Source: an uncultured Gammaproteobacteria bacterium (GTDB taxonomy: Bacteria; Patescibacteriota; Patescibacteriia; Magasanikbacterales; GWA2-37-8). From it: a stretch of DNA of 64,000 nt. Shown in pieces: positions 9,863 through 19,350 of this stretch (within the stretch, counting starts at the first letter, position 1; each line of letters begins with the position of its first letter). Position numbers and translations under genes: made by a program. The notes below the pieces were generated by a model that did no database searches, was not told the origin of the DNA, and saw nothing but the letters and a program-made list of their open reading frames with translations. Location: NCBI GenBank assembly GCA_964496095.1, contig CAZBWU010000002.1:15595-79594 (forward strand). The letters run 5' to 3'.

Positions 9863-9898
9863 TAAAAACCCCGCCTTTCACGAAAGGCGGGGTTTTTA
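9863..9898. terminator. Bidirectional intrinsic terminator
   Basis: aaaaaccccgcctttc-ac-gaaaggcggggttttt. Confidence 0.9.
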
Positions 9899-9918
9899 GT
9901 ATATTTTTTTATTCAAAC

Positions 9919-10281
9919 TTACCTCTTCGCAACCTCATTATTATTAAAGCTCAATTGCTTGGCAACTCCAACTGATTCAACCATGTTTAATTTTTCAACT
10001 CTAGTCGCAATACTATTTATAGAACTATTATCTGCGATTTGTACTTCTAATTTTTGAATTTCATCTTGAAGACTATCTGTTTTTTGTTCTAACACTTTTA
10101 TTTGATAACCACTGGTCGCAGAAGCGGAAATATTAAAAATATAAGCCGCACCAAAAATAAATATAATTGAAAATAAACCAACACGAACCGCACGAGAATT
10201 CAGCCATCCAGGCAAACTAATAGTCTGTAAAGAAAATTTGAAATTCTGATATTTATTTTTGATTTGGCGTTTGATGGACAT
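9919..10281 (-). CDS. FtsL-like cell division protein
   Basis: Single TM then coiled coil, third gene after mraZ-rsmH. Confidence 0.7.
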   Translation of the reverse strand: MSIKRQIKNKYQNFKFSLQTISLPGWLNSRAVRVGLFSIIFIFGAAYIFNISASATSGYQIKVLEQKTDSLQDEIQKLEVQIADNSSINSIATRVEKLNMVESVGVAKQLSFNNNEVAKR

Positions 10282-10286
10282 ACGAA

Positions 10287-11210
10287 TTAAATTTTTTCCA
10301 TAACCCTTAGTTTAGCGCTTCTGGCTCGTGGATTTGTCTCCAGCTCAGCTTCTGAGGCGATAATGGGTTTTTTATTAATTAATTTTATAGTTCTATTTTC
10401 GATTGATTTGAAATATTGTTTAACTATCCTATCTTCCAGCGAATGAAAGGTAATAACCGCTAATCTACCACCGCTTACGAGCACTTCTACGGCTTGCGGT
10501 AAGGCTTTTTTAAGATTTTCTAATTCGTGATTAACTTCTATTCGCAGTGCTTGGAATACTTTTGTGGCCGGATGTAAACCGCCAATCCAAGGAACTTCTT
10601 TTTGCGAATTTAATTTTTCTCTATACGCTTGTAAAATTATTTCTGTTAACTCTCCTGTCTTTTCTATTTTTTTATTTTTTCTATAAACTGTTATTGCTTT
10701 GGCAATCTCTCGGCTCAGTTGTTCTTCGCCTAAATTTTTAAAAATCACAGCCAACTCATTTTCACTATAACTATTTACCACCTCAGCAGCCGTCCAACTT
10801 TCGCCTTCAGATTTGAGCATCTCACCAGAGTCATACCGCATATCTAGGACCTCGTCTGTCAAAAAGCTAAATCCTCTCCCCCGCTCTTCAAATTGCGGTG
10901 TGGACCAACCCAAGTCCATCAAAATTGCATTTACTGTTTTAAAATCGTTTTTTTCAACAATATTTTTTAAATTGGCAAAATTGTCTCTTACTAGTACGGC
11001 TTTATCCTCAAATCGATACAGAAATCTTTTAGCTCGCAAAATCGCTTCTAGATCCAAATCTATGCCAAGCAATTTGCCAGTCGGCGCAATCTTCTCCAGC
11101 ATGGCTTCGCTATGCCCTGCATCACCGAGTGTACAATCAATGACATTGCTTCCTGCTTTTAGTTGTAAAGAGTCAATCGTTTCAGTTGGTAATACCGGTA
11201 CATGTTTCAT
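10287..11210 (-). CDS. rsmH: 16S rRNA m4C1402 methyltransferase
   Basis: HVPVL, DCTLGDAGHS, FQALRIEVN, ITFHSLEDRIVK, NPRARSAKLR. Confidence 0.98.
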   Translation of the reverse strand: MKHVPVLPTETIDSLQLKAGSNVIDCTLGDAGHSEAMLEKIAPTGKLLGIDLDLEAILRAKRFLYRFEDKAVLVRDNFANLKNIVEKNDFKTVNAILMDLGWSTPQFEERGRGFSFLTDEVLDMRYDSGEMLKSEGESWTAAEVVNSYSENELAVIFKNLGEEQLSREIAKAITVYRKNKKIEKTGELTEIILQAYREKLNSQKEVPWIGGLHPATKVFQALRIEVNHELENLKKALPQAVEVLVSGGRLAVITFHSLEDRIVKQYFKSIENRTIKLINKKPIIASEAELETNPRARSAKLRVMEKI

Positions 11211-11220
11211 ATTGTTTTTA

Positions 11221-11652
11221 TTACACTCCTAGCTCCCCCATCTTCTCAGCAATCGCTCCACTTTCGGCTTCAGTTTGATTCTTGTATTTATTCCATAATT
11301 CATCATCCCAGATTTCCAAGCGATTATAGAGACCGGCAACAACCAAAGTTTTTTTGATACTAGCAAACTTACGTAAGTACTCTGGCAAAATCACTCGGCC
11401 TTGTTTATCAAGTTCTACATCCATCGCACCAGCAAGCATGAGTCTAGAAAAAGCACGACTGTTGGATTGACTAATTGGCAGAGCGGCTAATTTCTCAGCG
11501 AGTTTTTCCCATTCAGTTTTGGTATAAAGAAAAAGACAATTATCCAAACCTCTAGTAACGACTGCGCCTTTGCTAAGTTCACGACGAAATTTAGCTGGAA
11601 TAGCCATTCTGCCTTTATCATCTAGATTGTGGCTATATTCACCAATGAACAT
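11221..11652 (-). CDS. mraZ: Division/cell wall cluster regulator MraZ
   Basis: MFIGEYSHNLDDKGRMAIPAKFR, LDKQGRVILP. Confidence 0.98.
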   Translation of the reverse strand: MFIGEYSHNLDDKGRMAIPAKFRRELSKGAVVTRGLDNCLFLYTKTEWEKLAEKLAALPISQSNSRAFSRLMLAGAMDVELDKQGRVILPEYLRKFASIKKTLVVAGLYNRLEIWDDELWNKYKNQTEAESGAIAEKMGELGV

Positions 11653-11695
11653 ATGATTGTGAAATTTTATTTAAGCAGGAAGACAAGCATTTTCC

Positions 11696-11746
11696 CCACT
11701 TCATACCACTACAACCCATTTTACACCACTTCTAAACACAAGTCAA
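11696..11746 (-). promoter_or_regulatory. mraZ promoter with four MraZ-binding repeats
   Basis: TTGACT-17nt-TAAAAT overlapped by (G/A)TGG repeats at 10-nt spacing (11696, 11706, 11716, 11726). Confidence 0.8.
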
Positions 11747-11847
11747 CATTTTATGCCATTTTAAACACGTATTTTTTTGGCTAATATAAAACAAAAACAG
11801 CCCCCTTGTGGGAGCTGTGGATAAGATTTATTAAATTATTATAAATT

Positions 11848-12213
11848 CTATGCCAAACCCAAAGCCGGCTTAACATGTCTCATATCTTTTTCCAAAACTT
11901 CAACTCTGTCTGTCAGATTTTTTTGATCATGGGCTAACAGGGTTTGCTCTTCGTCTTTTTTGGTATATAAACCAACAATTTTATCTAAGGTGTTCATTAT
12001 TTTTGACATATCTTCTTTTGTAGCCATGTTATCCAAAACATAATCAAGCTTCTCGCTATGTTCCGCGACTGTGCGAGCCAAAAAATCAAGCTTCTGATCA
12101 TGATCTTCAAGCTTGTCATCTATTTTATCAAACTTTTTATCTATGTTATCAAACTTAAAAACAAACTCTTCAAGTTTGTTATCTATTTTATCAAATCTTT
12201 TTTCTTGTTCCAT
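11848..12213 (-). CDS. Coiled-coil hypothetical protein
   Basis: FDKIDNKL/FDNIDKKF/FDKIDDKL heptads; start placed at MEQEKR. Confidence 0.75.
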   Translation of the reverse strand: MEQEKRFDKIDNKLEEFVFKFDNIDKKFDKIDDKLEDHDQKLDFLARTVAEHSEKLDYVLDNMATKEDMSKIMNTLDKIVGLYTKKDEEQTLLAHDQKNLTDRVEVLEKDMRHVKPALGLA

Positions 12214-12273
12214 AAAATTTGTCCCAATTTTTAACACTTGTTATTATACTATTTCAACAAATTAACTGTCAAA

Positions 12274-13629
12274 CTATACCTCAACCTCCAACCCAAAGAT
12301 CACCGGCATTGCCTGTATCCCCAAATCTTCTGTCACTTTTTTTGCCAGAATTGCTGACACCCCCGGTTCGCCATGATTGAACAAAACTTTTTTCGGCTTG
12401 CTTTTATTACTATCTATCCATTTCATTAGTTTGGCTTGATCGCCGTGGGCTGATAAGGCGCCAATGGCTTTGATTTGGCAATGCACCGGAATATGTTCTC
12501 CCATAATTTCTACAGGTGACTGACCGTCCAGAATTCTTCTACCCAATGTATTTTCTGATTGATAACCAATAATAAGCAACGTATTTCTGGCATCCGACAA
12601 ATAACGCATCGCATGATGCATAATACGCCCCCCATTCATCATCCCCGAACCGGCAATAACTATTTTTGGTCCCGGTACATTATTTATTTTTTTTGATTCT
12701 TCTTTGGTTTCCGTCATCACCAGTCCTGGGAAATCAAACAATTCATCGCCATTTTTATATAACTTCGCTGCTTCCACATCGTAATACTTAGGATATTTAA
12801 GATACGTTCTGATAGCTTTGATAGCCAAGGGACTATCCAAAAAAATCGGCACTTTTGGCAAGATATGCTGACGATCAATGAGATTATTTAATTCATAAAT
12901 TAATTCTTGCGTTCGCTCTAGAGAAAAAGATGGGATCATTAGCGTGCCTCCGCGAGCAATCGCTTCGCGAATAAGAGTTGCCAAAATTTCTTGACGTCTA
13001 GTAATAGTTTCATGCAAACGATTACCATAAGTAGATTCACAAACAAGCACATCTATACCGGCTGGGAGGTTTTCGGTTTCTTTTAAGATCGGCACATTGA
13101 CATTGCCAACATCGCCTGAGAACACAACACGCTTTCCTTCGGCTTCAACTTCTACAAACGCAGAACCAAAAATATGACCTGCATCGTGCAGTGTAAAAGA
13201 TACTTCCGGAGTGAGAGTAAATTTTTCATTATATTCAACCGGCTTAAATCTTTCCATTACTTTTGTAATATCACCTTCGTCATACAAAGCTGGAATATTG
13301 TAATGAGTCTGGTTATATAACATGATATGCAAAGCATCTTCCATAATCAGTTCGGCCAGTTCTATCGTCGGAGGGGTGGCATAAAAACGACCTTCATAAC
13401 CGTCTTTGACTAGTAGTGGCAATCGACCCACGTGGTCAAGATGAGCGTGAGTGATAATTACCCCAGATAATTCTGACGGTTTAAAAGAAAGTTGATCTTT
13501 ATTTTTGGCTTCACTAAATTGATTGCCTTGAAACATTCCGCAGTCAACCAAAAAATGCTTAGCACCAACCGTAAACATACTGCAAGAACCTGTGACTTCG
13601 CCTGCCGCGCCGAAGAAAGACAACTTCAT
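12274..13629 (-). CDS. MBL-fold beta-CASP ribonuclease
   Basis: MKLSFFGAAGEVTGS, THAHLDHVG, AGHIFGS, ESTYGNR, LSAHGD, HGE. The ORF-track extension to 13776 reads through a repeat. Confidence 0.95.
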   Translation of the reverse strand: MKLSFFGAAGEVTGSCSMFTVGAKHFLVDCGMFQGNQFSEAKNKDQLSFKPSELSGVIITHAHLDHVGRLPLLVKDGYEGRFYATPPTIELAELIMEDALHIMLYNQTHYNIPALYDEGDITKVMERFKPVEYNEKFTLTPEVSFTLHDAGHIFGSAFVEVEAEGKRVVFSGDVGNVNVPILKETENLPAGIDVLVCESTYGNRLHETITRRQEILATLIREAIARGGTLMIPSFSLERTQELIYELNNLIDRQHILPKVPIFLDSPLAIKAIRTYLKYPKYYDVEAAKLYKNGDELFDFPGLVMTETKEESKKINNVPGPKIVIAGSGMMNGGRIMHHAMRYLSDARNTLLIIGYQSENTLGRRILDGQSPVEIMGEHIPVHCQIKAIGALSAHGDQAKLMKWIDSNKSKPKKVLFNHGEPGVSAILAKKVTEDLGIQAMPVIFGLEVEV

Positions 13630-13643
13630 ATAAATAAGGTATC

Positions 13644-13719
13644 TGTCATCCTGAATGAAATGAAGGATCTCTGTCTCAATCACCGCCGGACAGAGATTCT
13701 TCGCAAGCTCAGAATGACA
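13644..13719. repeat. TGTCA...TGACA palindromic element, copy 3
   Basis: tgtcatcctgaatgaaatgaaggatctctgtc...ccggacagagattcttcgcaagctcagaatgaca. Confidence 0.9.
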
Positions 13720-13946
13720 ATTAAAAAATGCTTTATTGACTGGATAAAGTATACCAAAGAAAATAATATAAAACAAAAAAGCACGCGGGTGCGAGCAATA
13801 ATTTAAAACTTTATTTATGAGGGCTGGGTCGAGGAACGGTCGACCCAGCCACGTGGCATGATGGTCTACCGTTCCTAGGTGGTCAGGCTAATAGCCCGAC
13901 CGTTGTTGGCGGTGGCTCAGCCACCCGTCGGCACGCCCCTTGCGGG

Positions 13947-14309
13947 CTAGCCGTGCTTGCAGGCGCAGCCGTTGCCCTTGTCGTCGCAGCCCGTCCAGTG
14001 CAGGCAGAAGGGCACGCAGGTGAAGCCCTGAGCCTCGACCTGCGCACAGCAGTCCGTGTCACCCCCGACACCGCACTCCATGCAGATCGCCGCCCAGAGG
14101 TTGTCACCGCAGTCGATGACGTACACTCCGCGAGCCGCGGCTTCCGGGGTGGAGTTGTCCTCCTCCGTGCAGGCCGCGCCGGTGCAGGACGAGTCGTTGT
14201 CGTTGATGCGGGTGACGAGGGTCACACCGTCATCGGTGGGGACGTCCTCCGTACAACCACCGACGGTGAGGGTGGCGAGGACCGCGAGCAAAGTGGTGAA
14301 GGTACGCAT
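13947..14309 (-). CDS. Cysteine-rich predicted lipoprotein in a GC-rich cassette
   Basis: Signal peptide with VGGC lipobox, 12 further Cys, SD CAGGAG, upstream TTGACA at 14397-14402. Confidence 0.75.
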   Translation of the reverse strand: MRTFTTLLAVLATLTVGGCTEDVPTDDGVTLVTRINDNDSSCTGAACTEEDNSTPEAAARGVYVIDCGDNLWAAICMECGVGGDTDCCAQVEAQGFTCVPFCLHWTGCDDKGNGCACKHG

Positions 14310-14473
14310 TTTTGAAACTGACTCCTGTCAAGAAAACGCCTTCGAGGAAACCTTTCCTCGGTTAGACCCCAACACCTTGCCCTATTTTCCCCTTTTTGTC
14401 AAGGGTTTTATCCCCATTTTTATATGTTTTTTGAGATGTTCAAAAACAAATTTTTCTGCTACAATAATGCAAT

Positions 14474-15145
14474 ATGCGAAGAAACATAAACAATGTTGAA
14501 ATAGTTGAACCACCAATTGGCGAACTGACCAAAAAATACTCCGCTTTCTCGGCTATAAAACGCGCCTGCCTGACTGGTTGCGGTTGTTTGGTTTTTGTGA
14601 TTATTGCTGTTATCATTATTATTCGCCTGGTGATGGGAAGCGGCCCCACCACTCTCAAATCTGTACCAGAAAACTTCCCGTCCGATATACCAGTTTATGA
14701 CCCAGACAGAATCGAACAAATCACTTTTATTTCCGGCAAATACAAAAATCGAGGCATAGAGATTGCGGCCTTATTCCCCAAAATCATCCTCTCTCCCCTG
14801 CTCGTCACTTTAGATAAGGGTTCTCAAAATAACATTACCGCTGATAAAAATACTTCCATCAAAAATTTATGGAACACAATTAGCGCGCCTGTGAGCGACC
14901 ATCGCGACACAGTGCAAATTGAATGGCGCAAGCTGGATGCTGAACCACCGTATGTCATCACCTATTACAAAACCGAATTACAAAAAGAATCATACAAAAT
15001 AGATGTGGAAAGCGAAGGTGATAATGTCCAACAATTTTCTTTTAGTAAGGGCGAAGTAAGCGGATCAATGTATGTGCAGGGCCCGCCTGGGCAAGGATCG
15101 GATTATGCGGTGCTGACTGTCAACTTAATCAATAAACCAGAATAA
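14474..15145 (+). CDS. Hypothetical membrane-anchored protein
   Basis: CLTGCGCL followed by a TM, then the VPENFPSDIPVY motif. Confidence 0.8.
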   Translation: MRRNINNVEIVEPPIGELTKKYSAFSAIKRACLTGCGCLVFVIIAVIIIIRLVMGSGPTTLKSVPENFPSDIPVYDPDRIEQITFISGKYKNRGIEIAALFPKIILSPLLVTLDKGSQNNITADKNTSIKNLWNTISAPVSDHRDTVQIEWRKLDAEPPYVITYYKTELQKESYKIDVESEGDNVQQFSFSKGEVSGSMYVQGPPGQGSDYAVLTVNLINKPE

Positions 15146-15153
15146 ATTTCAAC

Positions 15154-15299
15154 TGTCATCCCGAGCGAAGCCGCTCCTGCGGCTGACGAGGGATCTAAAC
15201 ATTAATTTTAATTTAATGAATAGATTCCTCACACCTAAAGGGGGTTCGGAATGACAACGACCAACCGGACAGAGATTCTTCACTCCGTTCAGAATGACA
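15154..15299. repeat. TGTCA...TGACA element, copy 4, with an extra right arm
   Basis: 15154-15256 is a complete element; 15264-15299 is a second ccggacagagattcttc...agaatgaca arm. Confidence 0.9.
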
Positions 15300-15333
15300 A
15301 GGAACAAACCAGATAGATACAAAAAATAAAAAT

Positions 15334-16950
15334 ATGCTCAAAATTCTCAACAGCCAATTAAAATCAATCACCAGCGCCGCCATTATTATTTCTGGCGCGA
15401 CCTTGGTTAGTCGCGTTGTTGGATTAGCTCGGGATAGAATCTTTGCGCACTACTTCGGCGTGGGACCAGTGATGGATTCATATTACGCTGCTTTTAGAAT
15501 TCCGGATTTGATTTATAATCTGCTTATTGTCGGCGCGCTCAGCGCCGGTTTTATCCCTACTTTTACCAAACTATTTAATCAAAGCGAAGACAAAACTCCG
15601 GCCTGGAAATTGGCAAATAATATTTTAAATATCACCGCCATATCTCTGGCTATACTTAGTTTTTTTGGCATGTTATTTACTCCAGCTCTGACAAACCTTA
15701 TTGCTCCCGGATTTGATAACGCCTCCAAAGAACTAGTGACGAGTTTTACTAGAATCATGTTTGGCTCAACTGTTATGCTCGGACTATCTATGGTTATCGG
15801 TGGAGTCCTGCAATCTCTACGTGCTTTTTTCTTATATTCTCTAGCGCCAATTTTTTATAATCTTGGCATTATTGTCGGAGCCGTGGTACTGGTGCCACTG
15901 ATGGGCATAAGAGGCTTGGCTTGGGGTGTGGTCCTCGGTGCTTTTATGCACCTATCACTCCAAATATATAGCGCCTATGCCAATGGTTATAAATGGAAAT
16001 GGTACTTTAATCTCAAAGATCAAAACGCCAAAATAATCGGCAAGCTCATGGTACCACGCACTTTGGGACTAGCTATTAACCAACTCAATCTAGTTATCAT
16101 CACTATCCTTGCTTCTTGGCTTCCGACAGGCAGTGTAACAATTTTTAATTTTGCCAATAACTTGCAAGCTGTGCCTATCGGCATTATCGGCATACCATTT
16201 GCGATCGCAGTATTCCCCGTACTCTCGGCGGCCGCTGCCAAAAACGATATAGATGAATTTATCAAAAATCTATCATCAACAATCAGACAGATTTTATTTT
16301 TAATAATCCCCTGCGCTATTATTTTTCTACTTCTGCGAGCCCAAATCGTACGCGTGATATTAGGCACAGGCAAATTCAATTGGGATGCAACCATAAGCAC
16401 TGGCAACACTTTGGCTTTTTTTGCGCTGAGTATGTTTGCCCAGGCTCTTATCCCGCTAGTGGCTCGCGCTTTCTATGCGCTTGCCAATACCAAAACTCCT
16501 TTTATCATCGGCATCATCTCGGAGCTAACTAGTATTATTGCGGCTCTCTTGCTGATGAAACCGTTTGGCGTCGCTGGCTTGGCTTTGGCATTTTCTATTG
16601 GCTCTATTTTAAATTTAATTATTTTAAGTATATATCTAAGAAATACTCTCACAAAAATTAATGGCGACAAAATCTTTTCTTCTTTTTATAGAATAATTAT
16701 AGCAGCCATCCCAATGGCTCTACTAATACAATATATCAAAGATCCGCTAGCTAAAATTTTTAATCAAGACTATTTTTGGGGTATCCTAGGCCAAGGATTG
16801 GTAGCGGGGCTGGCTGGTCTAGCAATCTATCTTATACTGTGTTATCTTTTGAGGGTGCCAGAGCTACTTCAGATCAAAGAAAGCCTTACGAACCGGTTCC
16901 TACGACCAAAACAAGTCCAAACTCAAGAATCTATTGAAACAAACGCTTAA
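15334..16950 (+). CDS. murJ: Lipid II flippase MurJ (MviN)
   Basis: SRVVGLARD, AAFRIPD, GALSAGFIP, RAFYAL-NTKTP. Confidence 0.95.
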   Translation: MLKILNSQLKSITSAAIIISGATLVSRVVGLARDRIFAHYFGVGPVMDSYYAAFRIPDLIYNLLIVGALSAGFIPTFTKLFNQSEDKTPAWKLANNILNITAISLAILSFFGMLFTPALTNLIAPGFDNASKELVTSFTRIMFGSTVMLGLSMVIGGVLQSLRAFFLYSLAPIFYNLGIIVGAVVLVPLMGIRGLAWGVVLGAFMHLSLQIYSAYANGYKWKWYFNLKDQNAKIIGKLMVPRTLGLAINQLNLVIITILASWLPTGSVTIFNFANNLQAVPIGIIGIPFAIAVFPVLSAAAAKNDIDEFIKNLSSTIRQILFLIIPCAIIFLLLRAQIVRVILGTGKFNWDATISTGNTLAFFALSMFAQALIPLVARAFYALANTKTPFIIGIISELTSIIAALLLMKPFGVAGLALAFSIGSILNLIILSIYLRNTLTKINGDKIFSSFYRIIIAAIPMALLIQYIKDPLAKIFNQDYFWGILGQGLVAGLAGLAIYLILCYLLRVPELLQIKESLTNRFLRPKQVQTQESIETNA

Positions 16951-16956
16951 GACTAT

Positions 16957-17037
16957 ATGACTGAAAACATTCGCAACTTTTGTATCCCTGTAGTAGAAAC
17001 TAAAGTTTCACTACAGGGCAAGTATTGCCCATTATGA
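16957..17037 (+). pseudogene. Duplicated lepA 5' fragment / uORF interrupted by a palindrome
   Basis: MTENIRNFC-I[insert]IAH; its TGA overlaps the lepA ATG (ATGA). Confidence 0.75.
16986..17022. mobile_element. Miniature CCCTGT...ACAGGG(CAAG) palindrome
   Basis: ccctgtagtagaaactaaagtttcactacagggcaag. Confidence 0.65.
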
Positions 17038-18845
17038 ATAATATAAGAAACTTCTGTATCATCGCTCATATAGATCATGGGAAGAGCACAATGGCTGACC
17101 GTCTTTTAGAATTTACCGGCACTGTGGAAAAACGAAACATGCAAGACCAGCTTTTGGATTCTATGGATTTGGAAAGAGAGAGAGGTATCACAATCAAACT
17201 AACACCGGTCCGGATGAACTACACTCTCAACTCAACACCGTATATTCTCAATTTAATTGATACTCCTGGCCATGTTGATTTTAATTACGAAGTTTCCCGT
17301 TCTCTAGCTGCGGTGGAAGGCGCCATCCTACTGGTTGATGCCAGCCAAGGAGTGCAAGCGCAGACTATCGGTAATTTGTATTTGGCGATTGAACAGAATT
17401 TAAAAATTATACCGGTAATCAACAAAATAGACATGCCAGCAGCCAATGTCGAAAAAACTAAAGCTGAAATCTTGCACTTAATAGGTTGCAATCCAGATGA
17501 AATAATTTTGGCATCAGGCAAAACGGGTCAAGGCGTCGAAGAAATTTTAAAAGCCGTTATTGAACGTCTTCCTCCCCCACCAGACACCAGCTCCCAAGCC
17601 ACTCGCGCTTTGATTTTTGATTCTATGTATAATGACTACAAAGGTGTCATCGCCTCTGTAAAAGTAGTCGACGGCGAATTAAAAAAAGGAGACAAAATAT
17701 TTTTAATTGGTACCAGAACTCCGGCAGAAATTTTGGAAGTCGGATACTACAAACCAAAATTCCAATCCACTCCCAAATTATTTAATGGTGAGATTGGCTA
17801 TGTAGTGACGGGTTTAAAAGATCTCAAAGATTGTCGTGTGGGTGATACCATTACCACTTTTACCAAAGATCAAGAAGAAAAAGATATTCATACTTTGGCT
17901 TTGCCTGGTTATAAGGAAGTTAAGCCGATGGTTTATGCGGGTATTTTTCCAAAAGAAGGCGACAACTACCAAATGCTTCGTGATGCCATTGATAAATTAA
18001 AACTAAACGACGCGTCGCTGTTTTATGAGCCTGAACATTCACTCGCTTTAGGTTTTGGTTTCCGCTGTGGCTTCTTAGGGCTATTACATTTGGATATTTT
18101 TCAGGAAAGATTACAGCGCGAATACGATTTAGAAATTATTATTACCGTACCGAGCGTGGCTTACCGAGTAATAGATACAAACCATAAAGAAAAAACCATT
18201 CACAGCCCCCAAGGCATGCCCGACCCAAATCATCTGGAGCAAGTTTTGGAACCTTGGATGAAATTAGACATCATCACCCCTAAGGCGTATGTGGGAAATG
18301 CGATGGGATTGGTCTCCGAACGCAAAGGAAAATATATAAATACAGAATATCTCAGTACCGACACAGACCAGCGTGCTATGTTGCATTATGAGATTCCTCT
18401 TGCCTCGCTTGTTACTGATTTTTATGATAAACTAAAAACCGTTACTTCGGGTTATGGCTCTATGAATTACGAATTTATGGAATACCAACCAACCCACGTA
18501 GTCAGACTAGATATTATGGTAGCCGAGGAACAAGTAGAAGCCTTATCAACTCTTGTTTGGGAAGACTATGCCTACAAAACAGGCAAAAAAATAGTTGAAT
18601 CTCTCAAAGATTCATTACCGAGACAGCAATTTGTCCTAAAAATCCAAGCTACTATTGGCGGAAAAGTTATCGCCTCCGACCGCTTGTCAGCGCTACGCAA
18701 AGACGTGATTGAAACCATGAGTGGTGGTGATTATACCCGTAAACAAAAACTATTACAGAAACAGAAAAAAGGTAAAAAACGAATGTTGGAACATGGAAAA
18801 ATAGATATCCCGCCGGAGACTTATTTGGCGGTTTTAAAGCGTTAA
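17034..18845 (+). CDS. lepA: Elongation factor 4
   Basis: IRNFCIIAHIDHGKST, DTPGHVDF, NKID, GFRCGFLGLLH, QKKGKKRM. Confidence 0.98.
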   Translation: MNNIRNFCIIAHIDHGKSTMADRLLEFTGTVEKRNMQDQLLDSMDLERERGITIKLTPVRMNYTLNSTPYILNLIDTPGHVDFNYEVSRSLAAVEGAILLVDASQGVQAQTIGNLYLAIEQNLKIIPVINKIDMPAANVEKTKAEILHLIGCNPDEIILASGKTGQGVEEILKAVIERLPPPPDTSSQATRALIFDSMYNDYKGVIASVKVVDGELKKGDKIFLIGTRTPAEILEVGYYKPKFQSTPKLFNGEIGYVVTGLKDLKDCRVGDTITTFTKDQEEKDIHTLALPGYKEVKPMVYAGIFPKEGDNYQMLRDAIDKLKLNDASLFYEPEHSLALGFGFRCGFLGLLHLDIFQERLQREYDLEIIITVPSVAYRVIDTNHKEKTIHSPQGMPDPNHLEQVLEPWMKLDIITPKAYVGNAMGLVSERKGKYINTEYLSTDTDQRAMLHYEIPLASLVTDFYDKLKTVTSGYGSMNYEFMEYQPTHVVRLDIMVAEEQVEALSTLVWEDYAYKTGKKIVESLKDSLPRQQFVLKIQATIGGKVIASDRLSALRKDVIETMSGGDYTRKQKLLQKQKKGKKRMLEHGKIDIPPETYLAVLKR

Positions 18846-18871
18846 CGCAGATTTAAATAGACTACTTAGAT

Positions 18872-19303
18872 GTGTTCAAAAAAATAATATCACCCATAAT
18901 ATACACAGCTTTTATACCCGTAACATTTGTTGGTGTTGTAGGAATTATTAATGTCATCGCGCCAATTTTTGTATCATCTCTTAAAAGTACTTTTATTTTT
19001 GTAATGCCCCCCGTTATTATTATATTTGGAACATTCTTATACTGGACTGCTAATAAGTTAATTGCCAAACTAGAAAAACCATACACGCCAAAAATTGCCG
19101 ATCATTTTCGACAATCAGGACTACCCTATTTGATATTTTTCAGTATTCTTTCTGGAACGTTGCAAGCTTGGTATGGTGGATTTCACCATCCTCGTTTCAT
19201 ATATTTTACAGCTATAGCATTATTAATTTCTATTTTGGCAATTTTTATTAATGCAATTTTCCTATATAAACACAGGCAAGCTAACCCACCCACTAACATC
19301 TAA
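18872..19303 (+). CDS. Hypothetical membrane protein, about 4 TM
   Basis: Hydrophobic ORF co-oriented with lepA. Confidence 0.65.
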   Translation: MFKKIISPIIYTAFIPVTFVGVVGIINVIAPIFVSSLKSTFIFVMPPVIIIFGTFLYWTANKLIAKLEKPYTPKIADHFRQSGLPYLIFFSILSGTLQAWYGGFHHPRFIYFTAIALLISILAIFINAIFLYKHRQANPPTNI

Positions 19304-19350
19304 CGTGCCTGCCAAAGCTAACTATTACTAACCTTGTTAAAATCTGTACT

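Noticed and set aside
9261-9865. Alternative ORFs 9261-9707 (-) and 9494-9865 (+), and plus-strand ORFs at 13953-14499
   Set aside because: These are expected shadow frames of GC-rich DNA; promoter, SD and codon bias support 9303-9722 and 13947-14309.
11816-11824. DnaA box (TGTGGATAA) suggesting oriC
   Set aside because: It is a single box with no cluster and no dnaA gene nearby.
13630-13776. N-terminal extension of the beta-CASP RNase through repeat copy 3 as a third in-frame insertion
   Set aside because: The family-typical start MKLSFFGAA is at 13629; the upstream open frame is more simply 5' UTR.
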